64,000 nt of DNA from Dehalococcoidia bacterium (lineage in GTDB: Bacteria > Chloroflexota > Dehalococcoidia > SM23-28-2 > RBG-16-64-32): contig OY762959.1 of NCBI GenBank assembly GCA_963667205.1, forward strand, positions 2,032,829-2,096,828, in the 5' to 3' direction. Below the pieces are notes generated by a model. It had not been told where the DNA came from and ran no database searches. It worked only from the letters and a program-made list of their open reading frames with translations. This document shows positions 17,528-28,033 of this stretch, one piece after another (positions within the stretch are counted from its first letter, which is position 1; every line of letters starts with the position of its first letter). Both the position numbers and the translations under genes were made by a program.

Positions 17528-18397
17528 CTACGCCTCGTGCGAGTTCATCAGCAGCTGCCAGCGCTTCTCCGCTTCGGCGGAGAACGAGTGCATCTCGGCG
17601 GGGTCCAGGACGCCCTGCTCGGTGATGTAGCTGGTGACGAGGCGCGCCGGCGTCAATTCGTAGCAGACGTTGCGCACCTCCAGCCAGTTGGCGGAGCAGA
17701 TCTCGCTCGCCTGGCCCTCTTCGGGCGCGAACGGCATCGGTTCGCTGGGCGCGGTGACCTTCAGCGTTTCGGCGGCGGTGTAGAAGGGGACGTCGGCGTC
17801 TCGCGCGGCCAGCGCCAGCATCCGGGTACCGATCTTGTTGATGAAGTCACCATCGGGCAGGATCGAGTCGGCGCCCACCATGACGGCGTCGGCTTCGTGC
17901 ACGAAGAGCGCCATCTGCGCCTCCGTGATCATCGTCATCGAGATGCCGGCCCGCACCATCGCCTTCGCTACGCGGATGCCTTCGCCCGTCGGGCGCGCCT
18001 CGGAAATGATCACGCGCCGCGGCTTAACGCGCGTCAAGAGCTCGATAACCGTGGACGAATAGCTGAACGACATCACAGTCCCGGTGGGGATCACCTTGCG
18101 CGCCGCCAGTGCCATGCCTTCGGGCGCGACGCCGATCGCTTCGATCGTGTCGGAGACCGCTGCCGGGCCGTCGCCGGTCTCGAGGTAGCGGCTCCAGGCG
18201 GCGGCGACGGCGTTCTCGATCGCTGCCATCATCGGCCGCGCAAGGGCCAGGGTGCGGCAGGCGTCGCGGAACTCTTCGCCCGGCATGTCAGCGGCGACGT
18301 CCCGAAGAGCTTCGAGCGCCGTCAGGGAGAGCTGGCGGGCGCCCTTGTCCCGATCCGCCCGGATCTCAGCGACTGCGGCCTTGATCTCCGCCTTCAC
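17528..18397 (-). CDS. eIF-2B alpha/beta/delta-family protein (ribose-1,5-bisphosphate / methylthioribose-1-phosphate isomerase-like)
   Basis: Shows the family motifs RPMMAAIENA, VMSFSYSSTV, ISEARP and VGADSI. The start is set at GTG 18395-18397 because a perfect GGAGGT SD sits 5 nt upstream. The longer ORF start has no SD. Confidence 0.7.
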   Translation of the reverse strand: MKAEIKAAVAEIRADRDKGARQLSLTALEALRDVAADMPGEEFRDACRTLALARPMMAAIENAVAAAWSRYLETGDGPAAVSDTIEAIGVAPEGMALAARKVIPTGTVMSFSYSSTVIELLTRVKPRRVIISEARPTGEGIRVAKAMVRAGISMTMITEAQMALFVHEADAVMVGADSILPDGDFINKIGTRMLALAARDADVPFYTAAETLKVTAPSEPMPFAPEEGQASEICSANWLEVRNVCYELTPARLVTSYITEQGVLDPAEMHSFSAEAEKRWQLLMNSHEA

Positions 18398-18616
18398 GCG
18401 TACCTCCTGTCCCCATAGAAACAACAAGTCGGGGCCATACGACCCCGACTCTTTCGCTGCAAATCAAAGACACCCATAGGGCGCGTGCCTCCGCTTCTAA
18501 CGCCGGCTGCCCGGCTGGCGATCTCTTCTGGTGGCGCCTAGCCTACACCACCGCCGTCGGTTTGTCGCGGGTCACGTGGCTGTCCCCTGCAGGCGCGTCA
18601 CTCGTATACTGTCCCC

Positions 18617-20254
18617 GTGCCCGCATCCGACCTGCCGCCTGCCATCCAGGCCCTCCTGAGCGCCGATTCTTACCCCCATCCCAGCGGCCGTATCCAGCTC
18701 ATCCAGACCCACATCTCGTACGTCTTCCTGACGCGCGGCTACGTCTACAAGATCAAGAAGCCCGTCGACTTCGGCTTCCTCAACTACTCGACGCTCAGTC
18801 GCCGCCGCTACCACTGCCAGCGCGAACTGAAGCTGAACCGTCGCCTCTGCTCCGACACCTACGTTGCGGTTGTCCCGATTCGTAAGACGCGTGATGGCTA
18901 CCGAGTGGACGCGGCTGAGCAGCGCGGCGTCCGGCCGAAGGGGCGCATCGTCGAGTACGCGGTCCTCATGCGGCGGTTGCCGGAGGAGCGGATGATGCAC
19001 CGCCTGCTGGAGCGCAACGCCGTCACGAAGCCGATGCTGCAGGCCGTTGCCGAGAAGCTCGTGCCCTTCCACCATTCGAGCGCGGCGACCAGCGCCAGGA
19101 TCGCCGCCTACGGCGCCTGGGCGATCCGCTACAACGTGCGCGAAAACCGCCAGCAGTGGACGCCCTACATCGGCCGCACGATCACGGAGGAGCAGGACCG
19201 GATCCTGGGCAACTACGTCGAGGCGTTCTACGCCCTCCGCGCCGACGTAATGCAGCGCCGCGTCGACGAGCTGCGCATCCGCGAGTGCCACTCCGATCTG
19301 CGCTCGGACGCGGTCTGCTTCGTCGATCCGATGGCCGGCCCGGACGGCATCTGCATCTTCGACTGCGTTGAGTTCAACCGCCGCATCACGCACGTCGACG
19401 TCGCCCGTGACGTGACGTTCTTGATGATGGACCTGGAGTACCGCGGCCGGCCGGACCTGGCGGCGGCCTTTAGCGACCACTACATGGCGAAAGCCGACGA
19501 CGCCGACTTGCCGGACGTGATGCCGTATTACGCGCACTACAACGCCTGCGTCCGCGGCAAGGTCGAGAGCTTCCTCCTCGACGCGCCCACGGTTCCCGAG
19601 TCGCAGAAGCGCGCGGCGGTGAAACGCGCTCGCCGCTACTTCGAGCTGGCCTGCCGCTACGCCGAGTCGCTGCCGCCGGCGATGCTCGTGATCACCTGCG
19701 GTCTCGCCGGCACTGGCAAGTCAAACATCGCCCGCAAGCTGGGCCGCCGCCTCGATGCGGCCGTTCTGACGTCGGACGTTGTGCGCAAGGAGATGGTGGG
19801 CATGGACCCGCGGGAGCGAGTGCTGGACGAGTATCGCGCCGGCCTCTACTCGTCGGAGATGACGGACCGCACCTACGGGGCGCTTCTCGATGCCGCGCGC
19901 GAGAGGCTGATGGCGGGCCGTTCTGTGATCCTCGACGCGTCGTTTACGCGCCGCCAGCACCGTCGCGCCGCCGCCCGCCTGGCCCGTGAGACCGGCGCTC
20001 AGTACGCCTGCGTGGAGGTCAGCGCCGCTGAAGACGCGATTCGCCAGCGCCTGGCTGGCCGCCTGAGGCGAGGGCGTGACGCCTCCGACGCCCGCTGGGA
20101 CATCTACGTGCGACAGAAGCGCCGCTTCCAGCGCCCGTCCGAGGTGCCGGCGGAGCGCCTGATCAGCGTCGACACGACGAGCCGGCGCGCCCGGAGTCTG
20201 GAGCCGGTCCTTGAGGCGCTGCGCTGGATCTCGCCGCTGAGCGTCTCCGGCTAG
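18617..20254 (+). CDS. Bifunctional protein: N-terminal aminoglycoside-phosphotransferase-like (APH/ePK-like) kinase domain fused to a C-terminal P-loop (AAA_33 / zeta-toxin-like) kinase domain
   Basis: The N-terminal half has a kinase-like fold with a catalytic HSDLRSDAVCF loop and a DxxxxNR... region. The C-terminal half begins LVITCGLAGTGKSNIARKL (Walker A). 545 aa. Confidence 0.7.
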   Translation: MPASDLPPAIQALLSADSYPHPSGRIQLIQTHISYVFLTRGYVYKIKKPVDFGFLNYSTLSRRRYHCQRELKLNRRLCSDTYVAVVPIRKTRDGYRVDAAEQRGVRPKGRIVEYAVLMRRLPEERMMHRLLERNAVTKPMLQAVAEKLVPFHHSSAATSARIAAYGAWAIRYNVRENRQQWTPYIGRTITEEQDRILGNYVEAFYALRADVMQRRVDELRIRECHSDLRSDAVCFVDPMAGPDGICIFDCVEFNRRITHVDVARDVTFLMMDLEYRGRPDLAAAFSDHYMAKADDADLPDVMPYYAHYNACVRGKVESFLLDAPTVPESQKRAAVKRARRYFELACRYAESLPPAMLVITCGLAGTGKSNIARKLGRRLDAAVLTSDVVRKEMVGMDPRERVLDEYRAGLYSSEMTDRTYGALLDAARERLMAGRSVILDASFTRRQHRRAAARLARETGAQYACVEVSAAEDAIRQRLAGRLRRGRDASDARWDIYVRQKRRFQRPSEVPAERLISVDTTSRRARSLEPVLEALRWISPLSVSG

Positions 20255-20682
20255 CGGCCGGTTGAGCCGTGGCCGCCGGCGCCGCGTGTGGTCTCCGACA
20301 GGTCTTCGGTGACCGTCATCTCCATCACGAGCGCGCGGCCGATCACGAGCTGGGCGATGCGGTCGCCGTCGCTCACTTCGTGCGGCTCGCGATAGTGCAG
20401 CGCGTGCATCGTCACGAGGAGTTCGCCGCGGTAGTCGGAGTCGATCGTGCCGAGCGTGACGACGACGCCCCTAGAGGAGAGGCCGGAGCGCGGCCTGATC
20501 TGGACGTCGTAGCCGGCGCCGATCTCGATCGCGATCCCCGTCGGCACCTGCACGGGCTCGTGGCCGACGATGAGCGGCGCGTCGAGGCAGGCGTGGAGGT
20601 CGTACCCGGTCGCGCCCTCAGTGGCGCGCTTGGGCAGGCGGGCGCCCGGACGCAGGCGTTTGACGCGCACCGGGACGTTCAC
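20251..20682 (-). CDS. dut: dUTP diphosphatase
   Basis: Shows the dUTPase motifs ATGYDL, PRSGL, GTIDSDYRGE and the C-terminal RGAGGHGSTG. Confidence 0.88.
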   Translation of the reverse strand: MNVPVRVKRLRPGARLPKRATEGATGYDLHACLDAPLIVGHEPVQVPTGIAIEIGAGYDVQIRPRSGLSSRGVVVTLGTIDSDYRGELLVTMHALHYREPHEVSDGDRIAQLVIGRALVMEMTVTEDLSETTRGAGGHGSTGR

Positions 20683-21449
20683 TAGGGGATGTAGAGTCCG
20701 CTGTCGCGGCGCTTGCCGCGCTCGATCGGCTTTGGCTTCTCGGGTGCGGAGGTCGGGCCGCTGGGGGCGTCCTTCGACGGCCCGGCGCCGGCCCCTTTCA
20801 CGACCTGCTCGACGAGCGCCGCCTCCGGCAACGCGCCGGGGATGGCGATGCGCTCGTTGATCACGGTCAGCGGAACGGCCTCCACCTTGTGCTGCTTCGC
20901 GAGTTCGGGGAACTCGTTGATTTCGATCACCTCTGCCTTTACGTGCTCGCTGACTATGCCCATCATGAAGGCGGCGCGGGCCATCTGCGGGCAGTACGGG
21001 CAGGTCGGCGTCACGAAGACGCGCACGGAGACGTCTGCCGGCAGCTCCGAGAGCGCCTTCAGGGAGTCCGGCGAAAGCAGCGTCTCCCAGCGCGAGATGT
21101 CGACGAGCGACTCCACGAAGGCGGGGAACTCGGTGCCGCCGGGGATGCCGTAGTACTTGAAGAAGCCGGGTCCCGGCCCCCGTAGCACGATCCCGGGCAC
21201 GCGCTCGACGCCGAATTTCGCCTTCTCCTCCGGATTGTCCTCAACGTGGTGGAGGCGCAGGCTGATGAGGTCGCTCAGGGAGGACAGCTCCTGCAGCATG
21301 TCCTGCGTCGGCTTGCAGTAGGCACACGGCTCGACGCCCGGCACGTCGAGGGCGACTTCGCGCTGCGTGAAGTAATCGATCTTTACGGGCGCGGCCAATT
21401 CGGTAGCGAACTTGGCCTGGATTGCCTCCTGGTCCTTAAGCGGAATCAC
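20682..21449 (-). CDS. Thermophile-type protein disulfide oxidoreductase with two thioredoxin-fold units (glutaredoxin-like)
   Basis: Has two CxxC active sites, CAYC and CPYC, about 110 residues apart, as in Pyrococcus/Aquifex PDO. 255 aa. It overlaps dut by 1 nt and the upstream gene by 14 nt. Confidence 0.75.
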   Translation of the reverse strand: MIPLKDQEAIQAKFATELAAPVKIDYFTQREVALDVPGVEPCAYCKPTQDMLQELSSLSDLISLRLHHVEDNPEEKAKFGVERVPGIVLRGPGPGFFKYYGIPGGTEFPAFVESLVDISRWETLLSPDSLKALSELPADVSVRVFVTPTCPYCPQMARAAFMMGIVSEHVKAEVIEINEFPELAKQHKVEAVPLTVINERIAIPGALPEAALVEQVVKGAGAGPSKDAPSGPTSAPEKPKPIERGKRRDSGLYIP

Positions 21450-22047
21450 TCATATCCCTCGTTTTCAGCCACACCATAGCAAGTCGCTGCAGCGTAGTGA
21501 AGCCCGCGATCAGCGCCAGCGCCCAGAGTACAGGCGTCAAGACGTTCTCGTCGATGATGTCGTGCACGATCAGGCCGCCGCCCAGGAGCAGCACGCGCTC
21601 CGTGCGCGTGAAGACGCCCTCGCGCAGCTTGAGGCCGATGACTTCGGCCCGCGCGCGCAGGTAGCTCACCATGAGCGAGGCGACGACGGCGGCGAAGATC
21701 AGGAGTTCCTCCTCGCGGGCGCCGCGGTCGCTGAAGAACCAGAGCAGGCCGAAGAGGACGGCCGCTTCGGAGAGCCGGTCCATCGTCGCGTCGAAGACGG
21801 AGCCGAACGACGTGGCGCGGCCGGTCGCCCGCGCCAGTGAGCCGTCGAGGAAGTCCAGCGCGCTGAACGTCAGCATGACGATTCCCGCCGCCAGGAAGCG
21901 CCCGTCGGCGGCCAGCACGGCGGCAGCGACGTTGCCGCCGAAGCCGGCGAGCGTGAGCATGTTCGGCGTCACGCCCAGGCGGGAGAGCAGGTTGACGGCG
22001 GGGTCGGTCACCCACTTGGGGGCGGATCGCGGTGTCAGCGCCGGCAT
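21436..22047 (-). CDS. CDP-alcohol phosphatidyltransferase (phosphatidylinositol-phosphate synthase-like)
   Basis: Has the CDP-OH phosphatidyltransferase motif D(x)2DG(x)2AR...G(x)3D(x)3D in LDFLDGSLARATGRATSFGSVFDATMDRLSE, and several TM segments. Operon context with pimA-like and inositol-phosphate synthase genes. Confidence 0.8.
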   Translation of the reverse strand: MPALTPRSAPKWVTDPAVNLLSRLGVTPNMLTLAGFGGNVAAAVLAADGRFLAAGIVMLTFSALDFLDGSLARATGRATSFGSVFDATMDRLSEAAVLFGLLWFFSDRGAREEELLIFAAVVASLMVSYLRARAEVIGLKLREGVFTRTERVLLLGGGLIVHDIIDENVLTPVLWALALIAGFTTLQRLAMVWLKTRDMSDSA

Positions 22048-23183
22048 CAGGTGCCGTTCCCGTTGCGGTTCGCGGCCGTCTCTTCGTAGAAGTCTAGCAC
22101 TTCCGACGAAACCTCATCCCAGCTCCAGCTGCGGGCGTGGAGCGCTGCGGCCCGGCCCATCGCTTCGCGCATTCCGGCGTCGGAGAGCAGCCGCTTGAGC
22201 GCTTCGCAGAGCGCATCGCTGTCGCGTGGCGGGACGAGCAGGCCGTGCTCGCCGTCTTTGACGACGGCCGCGAAACCGGGTATGCGGGAGGCGACGATCG
22301 GCACGCCGGAGGCCATGGCTTCGAGCAGGATCAGGCCGAGGCTCTCGTGCCCGGTGTTGGGCGCGCAGAAGACATCGCCGCTGCGGTAGTAGCGGGGCAG
22401 GTCCTCCTCCGCCACTAAGTCCGTGAAGATGACGTCCTGGACGTTGTTCTGCTCAATGAACCGCTCACAGGCCGGGCGGATGCCGCCGTCGGGGCCGACG
22501 ACGATCAGTCTCGTGTCCGGCATCTCGGCCTTCAGCTTTGCGAATGCCTCGATCAGGTAGGGAAGCCCCTTGCGCTGCTCCTGGCGGCCGACGAAGACGA
22601 TGTTGCGTTTGGCGTCCATCAGGCTGCGGATCGGCGGCGTCTCCTCGGCGAAGCGCGCGTAGTCGATCCCGCTTGGGATGATGCGGAAGTCGTCGTCGAA
22701 GTACTTGCCGATGAGGTCGAGCGCGGCCTGCGAGTGGGCGATGCGGCCGTGGATGCGGTGCCACCATTGCTGGAGGATGAACTGTGCGTAGGCGTAGACG
22801 CGGCTGCCGGCGTCCCGCGCGGCGTGGAACGTCGCCACGTTCGTCGCCTCTGAGAAGCGCACGAACTGGAAAGGCAGAAGCGGCACGAACGGCTCGTGGA
22901 TGTGCACGACGTCGAACTGCTCCCGCGCCAGCAGCTTCTTGACGCGCGACGAGAGGTTGTACGAGAGCGAGACGTTGGCGACTGAGCCGCTTGCCGGCAG
23001 ACCGATTGCGCTGTGGCCGATCACGTGGAGATAGGGCGGTTCTTCCTCTGAGCGCTTCGACGCCGGCGCGACGACGGTCACCTCGTGGCCGCGGCGCAGG
23101 AAGTGCTGGGAGAGGTTGAAGACGTGCCGGTTGACGCCACCGGGCACCGCCCAGTCGTAGGGTGAGACCAGCGCGATCTTCAT
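22047..23183 (-). CDS. GT4 glycosyltransferase, phosphatidylinositol mannosyltransferase PimA-like
   Basis: Begins MKIALVSPYDW. Shows the GT4 EX7E region GLILLEAMASGVPIVAS. The family is GT-B GT4. Its start overlaps the stop of the PHP gene (ATGA) and its stop overlaps the PIP synthase start. Confidence 0.8.
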   Translation of the reverse strand: MKIALVSPYDWAVPGGVNRHVFNLSQHFLRRGHEVTVVAPASKRSEEEPPYLHVIGHSAIGLPASGSVANVSLSYNLSSRVKKLLAREQFDVVHIHEPFVPLLPFQFVRFSEATNVATFHAARDAGSRVYAYAQFILQQWWHRIHGRIAHSQAALDLIGKYFDDDFRIIPSGIDYARFAEETPPIRSLMDAKRNIVFVGRQEQRKGLPYLIEAFAKLKAEMPDTRLIVVGPDGGIRPACERFIEQNNVQDVIFTDLVAEEDLPRYYRSGDVFCAPNTGHESLGLILLEAMASGVPIVASRIPGFAAVVKDGEHGLLVPPRDSDALCEALKRLLSDAGMREAMGRAAALHARSWSWDEVSSEVLDFYEETAANRNGNGT

Positions 23184-23938
23184 CGCACGCCCACGATCCG
23201 CTGGACGAAGCTGCGCGCCGTCGGGCCCCAGCCCATCGCGCGCGGCGTCGCCATGATGCCGCGATACGTCTGCCGGACCACGCTTCCGTATCCGATCTCG
23301 CGCAGCGAGGGGTGCCGGCCGCTGATACCGCGCGTCGTCCGGGCGGCGATCGCGCTGCGCAGGTCGTCTGCGCTCGTCCCATCGAACTCGGTGTGGGCGG
23401 TGCCGACAACGGGCAGGAAGTGGGCGTCGCTGCCGCCAGCTTCGGCCAGGCCGAACTCGTCCCGGTTGAGGCGCCGGGCCCTGCGCGCGCTGATCCGTCC
23501 AGCGGGGGTCTGGTTCGTGACCTCGATGGCGTCGACGTGGACGCCATCATTTCCGTTCGTCAGGATCCGGCGCAGGTGGCGGAGGCCCAGGCCGCGCGTC
23601 AACCACGTGAGCGGATGCGGCACGACGGCCAGTCCGCCCAGGCGGTGGATGGCGGCCAGCGTCTCCTCAACCGGTCGCAGCGAGGGCGGCGGCTCCTCGA
23701 CGAAGAGCGCCAGGATGTGGCCTTCGATCGTCGTCACCTCCATGCCGGGGATCACCTCGAACCGGTAGCGGCCGTTAGCGCAGCGCTCGCGGGCCTCCCT
23801 GGCGCCGTCCAGGCTGTCGTGGTCGGTGACGGCGATCAGGTCGAGGTCGGTCTCCGATTCGACGTGGTCCAGCAGCTCGGGCACGTCGTACATGCCGTCG
23901 CTGTGGGAGGTGTGGACGTGCAGGTCGGCCTTACCCAC
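23180..23938 (-). CDS. PHP-domain metal-dependent phosphoesterase
   Basis: Has the PHP N-terminal motif LHVHTSHSDG, then IAVTDHD, GMEV and GGSDAH. The start is assigned to GTG 23936-23938 because it overlaps the acyltransferase stop by 1 nt. The longer ORF would overlap the upstream gene by 82 nt. Confidence 0.7.
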   Translation of the reverse strand: MGKADLHVHTSHSDGMYDVPELLDHVESETDLDLIAVTDHDSLDGAREARERCANGRYRFEVIPGMEVTTIEGHILALFVEEPPPSLRPVEETLAAIHRLGGLAVVPHPLTWLTRGLGLRHLRRILTNGNDGVHVDAIEVTNQTPAGRISARRARRLNRDEFGLAEAGGSDAHFLPVVGTAHTEFDGTSADDLRSAIAARTTRGISGRHPSLREIGYGSVVRQTYRGIMATPRAMGWGPTARSFVQRIVGVR

Positions 23939-24852
23939 TAGACTGCGGCCTCTTCCGTCTCCGGCACGGACTGTGGTTCGCGGGGTTCGGTGTCCCAGAT
24001 GCGCTCCAGCACCATCCACTGGTCTGGTTCGGCGCGCAGGCGCACTTCGAGACGCGAGATGTACTCAAGCATCGCCGTGCGCACGTCGGCCTGCAGGTCG
24101 TCAGAGCGCTCCACCTCGATCGGCGACTGGGACTCGGCGTCGATCAGGTAGCGGCCACGGCGCGAGGAGAACGACGGCACGATCGCCGCGCCGGTGCGCA
24201 GGGCGACTTCGATGGGGCCGGTCGGCATCCAGGTCTCTTCGCCGAAGAAGGGGAGCAGCATCTTCGGCCCGGAAATGTCGCGGTCGCCCATGAGCGCCAC
24301 CGTACCACCGTCGCGCAGAATCCGCATGATGCGCTTGGCGGACGGCACGCCGACGGGCATGAACTCCACTCCGTGCGTCTGGCGAATGCTGTTGAGCATC
24401 CGCGCAAGGCGCTCCGGCTTGACGGGCTCGGTGACGGCGAAGCAGGGGATCTTCAGCGGCACGAGGCCCTGTCCCGCCATCTCAGCGTTGCCGATGTGCG
24501 CGCTCAGCATGACGACGCCCCGGCCGCTGTCGTTGTTTGCGCGGACGTACTCCTCGATGCCGGTGTAGATGAGACGCTCGCGGAAGAACTGGTCGAGGTC
24601 CATGCGCGGCAGCTGTGCAAGGTCCGCGTAGTAGTAGCCGACGTTGCGGAAGACTGCTTTGGCTATCTGTCGCAGCTGTGACTTCGGGGCGTCAGGCATG
24701 ACGTGCCGCAGGTTGTCCCAGACGTTGCGCCGGGCCGACGGCGCGAGCTTGTATCCGAGTCGGCCCACTATTTCAGCGATGCCGTAGAGCAGCGGCAGCG
24801 GCAACCGTCCCAGCACGCGAAAACCGAACCAGAAGACGAGATATCTCAGCAC
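23938..24852 (-). CDS. Lysophospholipid/lipid-A-type acyltransferase (HtrB/MsbB family; PatA-like PIM acyltransferase candidate)
   Basis: Family features include the HIGNAEMAG region (HX4D-like), MGDRDISG, and an N-terminal membrane-associated helix. 304 aa. Confidence 0.75.
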   Translation of the reverse strand: MLRYLVFWFGFRVLGRLPLPLLYGIAEIVGRLGYKLAPSARRNVWDNLRHVMPDAPKSQLRQIAKAVFRNVGYYYADLAQLPRMDLDQFFRERLIYTGIEEYVRANNDSGRGVVMLSAHIGNAEMAGQGLVPLKIPCFAVTEPVKPERLARMLNSIRQTHGVEFMPVGVPSAKRIMRILRDGGTVALMGDRDISGPKMLLPFFGEETWMPTGPIEVALRTGAAIVPSFSSRRGRYLIDAESQSPIEVERSDDLQADVRTAMLEYISRLEVRLRAEPDQWMVLERIWDTEPREPQSVPETEEAAV

Positions 24853-24926
24853 AGAGAAAGTATACGCGGAGTGGTCGGCGGACAGTGGCCAGGGTCACAC
24901 CACCCCTTGGGACGGGTTTACGGTGG

Positions 24927-26492
<1,566 letters not shown>

Positions 26493-26497
26493 GCGGC

Positions 26498-26525
26498 CAC
26501 TATAACGAAATATTTCGTTATAGTG
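26498..26525. promoter_or_regulatory. 28-bp perfect AT-rich palindrome (candidate operator) 5 bp upstream of the ino1 start codon
   Basis: cactataacgaaat|atttcgttatagtg is a perfect inverted repeat. It is conspicuously AT-rich in a GC-rich genome and leaves no room for an SD before the ATG at 26490-26492. Confidence 0.6.
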
Positions 26526-26667
26526 CCACCGGCGACGTTGATCTGAGAACGTCAGGCATAGTCGGTCAATCCCGTTAACTCGCTGAAGATACGGCGAGTC
26601 AACGTCGGCCTCGGCGTATCGCAGGCAGCGGGCTGTCCAAAGATCGGCCCCGCTCTAGAGGGCCGCG

Positions 26668-27600
26668 CTAGCCGGTCGGGAAGATCTTGTGCGGGTGCCA
26701 CAGCTCCGTGGCCGCCTGGTAGCGGAGGATGCCGATCAGCGAGCCGTCCTCGGCGTAGCCGCGCACCTGCAGCGCGTCCGAGAGTGGGCCGGCACTCCGT
26801 AGGGTTTCCTCATCGTCGATTCGCGCCGACTGGCCGTGCCGGAGGTCATTCTCGTCCTCGATCGGCACGGTGAGAGAGGGCAGCTGCGTTAGGCCGCAGT
26901 CGATCGGTTGCATGGTGTCCGGCCAGGTCCCGTCAGCGAACGCCGCCTCCAGCGCCGCCTCGTCCAGCGCGTCCTCGACCGGGAACGGCCCGACGCGGGT
27001 GCGGGTGAGCGCGGAGAGGTGCGCTCCGCAGCCGAGCGCCTGGCCGAGATCGTGCGCCAGGCTGCGGATGTACGTGCCGCGGCTGCACTCGACTTCGATC
27101 TCCGCTTCCGGTGGCTCGAAGCGGAGGAGGTCCAGGCGGTGGATCGTCACTGTGCGCGGCGCCAGCTCGACCCTCTCGCCCTTGCGGGCGCGCTCGTACG
27201 CAGGGCGTCCGCCGACCTTGATCGCGCTGTGAGCCGGCGGCCGTTGCTCGATCTCGCCGCTGAAGGCGGCCAGCGCCTCGCGGAGGGCGGCATCGCTGAC
27301 GTCAACATCGTGCGTCGCGACAACCTCGCCCTCGGCGTCGTAGGTATCCGTCTCGGTGCCCAGGCAGACGGTGCCGCGGTAGACCTTGGGCAGGTCCATC
27401 AGGTACTCGGTGATGCGCACGGCGGCGCCGACGCAGACGAGCAGCACGCCCTCTGCCAACGGGTCGAGCGTGCCCGCGTGGCCGACGCGGCGCAGTCCGC
27501 TGCCCTTGCGAACGAGGCCGATGACGCTGAACGACGTGCGGCCGCGTGGTTTGTTGAAGTTGAGGATGCCACCGGAAGCGGCGAGTGGTTGCGCATCCAT
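26668..27600 (-). CDS. truB: tRNA pseudouridine(55) synthase
   Basis: Has the catalytic motif GHAGTLDPLAEGVL and a PUA-like C-terminal region. Conserved position upstream of... rather, after rbfA in the nusA-infB operon. Confidence 0.88.
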   Translation of the reverse strand: MDAQPLAASGGILNFNKPRGRTSFSVIGLVRKGSGLRRVGHAGTLDPLAEGVLLVCVGAAVRITEYLMDLPKVYRGTVCLGTETDTYDAEGEVVATHDVDVSDAALREALAAFSGEIEQRPPAHSAIKVGGRPAYERARKGERVELAPRTVTIHRLDLLRFEPPEAEIEVECSRGTYIRSLAHDLGQALGCGAHLSALTRTRVGPFPVEDALDEAALEAAFADGTWPDTMQPIDCGLTQLPSLTVPIEDENDLRHGQSARIDDEETLRSAGPLSDALQVRGYAEDGSLIGILRYQAATELWHPHKIFPTG

Positions 27601-27607
27601 CGCTGTC

Positions 27608-27973
27608 TTATTCCGCCGGCGGTTCGCGCTTTGCCGCCACCTGCTTCAGGAGGTCGAGCATGCGCGCGCCTTCTTCGATCGTGTGATCGGCCTCGAACTC
27701 GAATGTCGGCACGCGGCGGATGTGCACCCGCGCCATCAGCTGCCTGCGCAGGAAGGGCGCGGCGTTGTTGAGAGCCACAAGCGACCTCGCCTGCTGCTTC
27801 TCCTCCTCTACCAGGATGCTGACGTAGACGGTGGCGTGCTCCAGGTCGGGCGAGACGTCGACGCTGGTGATGCTGATCATGCCCTTGATGCGGGGGTCGC
27901 GAAGCTCGCTGCTGATGAGGCCGGCCAGCTCGCTGCGAAAGAGCCCGCTCAGGCGCTCAGTCCTTCTGCTCAT
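27608..27973 (-). CDS. rbfA: Ribosome-binding factor A
   Basis: 121 aa, begins RTERLSGLFRSELAGLISSELRDPRI, which is RbfA-like. It sits between infB and truB. Confidence 0.85.
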   Translation of the reverse strand: MSRRTERLSGLFRSELAGLISSELRDPRIKGMISITSVDVSPDLEHATVYVSILVEEEKQQARSLVALNNAAPFLRRQLMARVHIRRVPTFEFEADHTIEEGARMLDLLKQVAAKREPPAE

Positions 27974-28033
27974 CGTTGTCTCTTCTCGGGGGCGTCGCGG
28001 TCCGGCGGGTATCCGTCCCTGCCGTCGGGCCGT

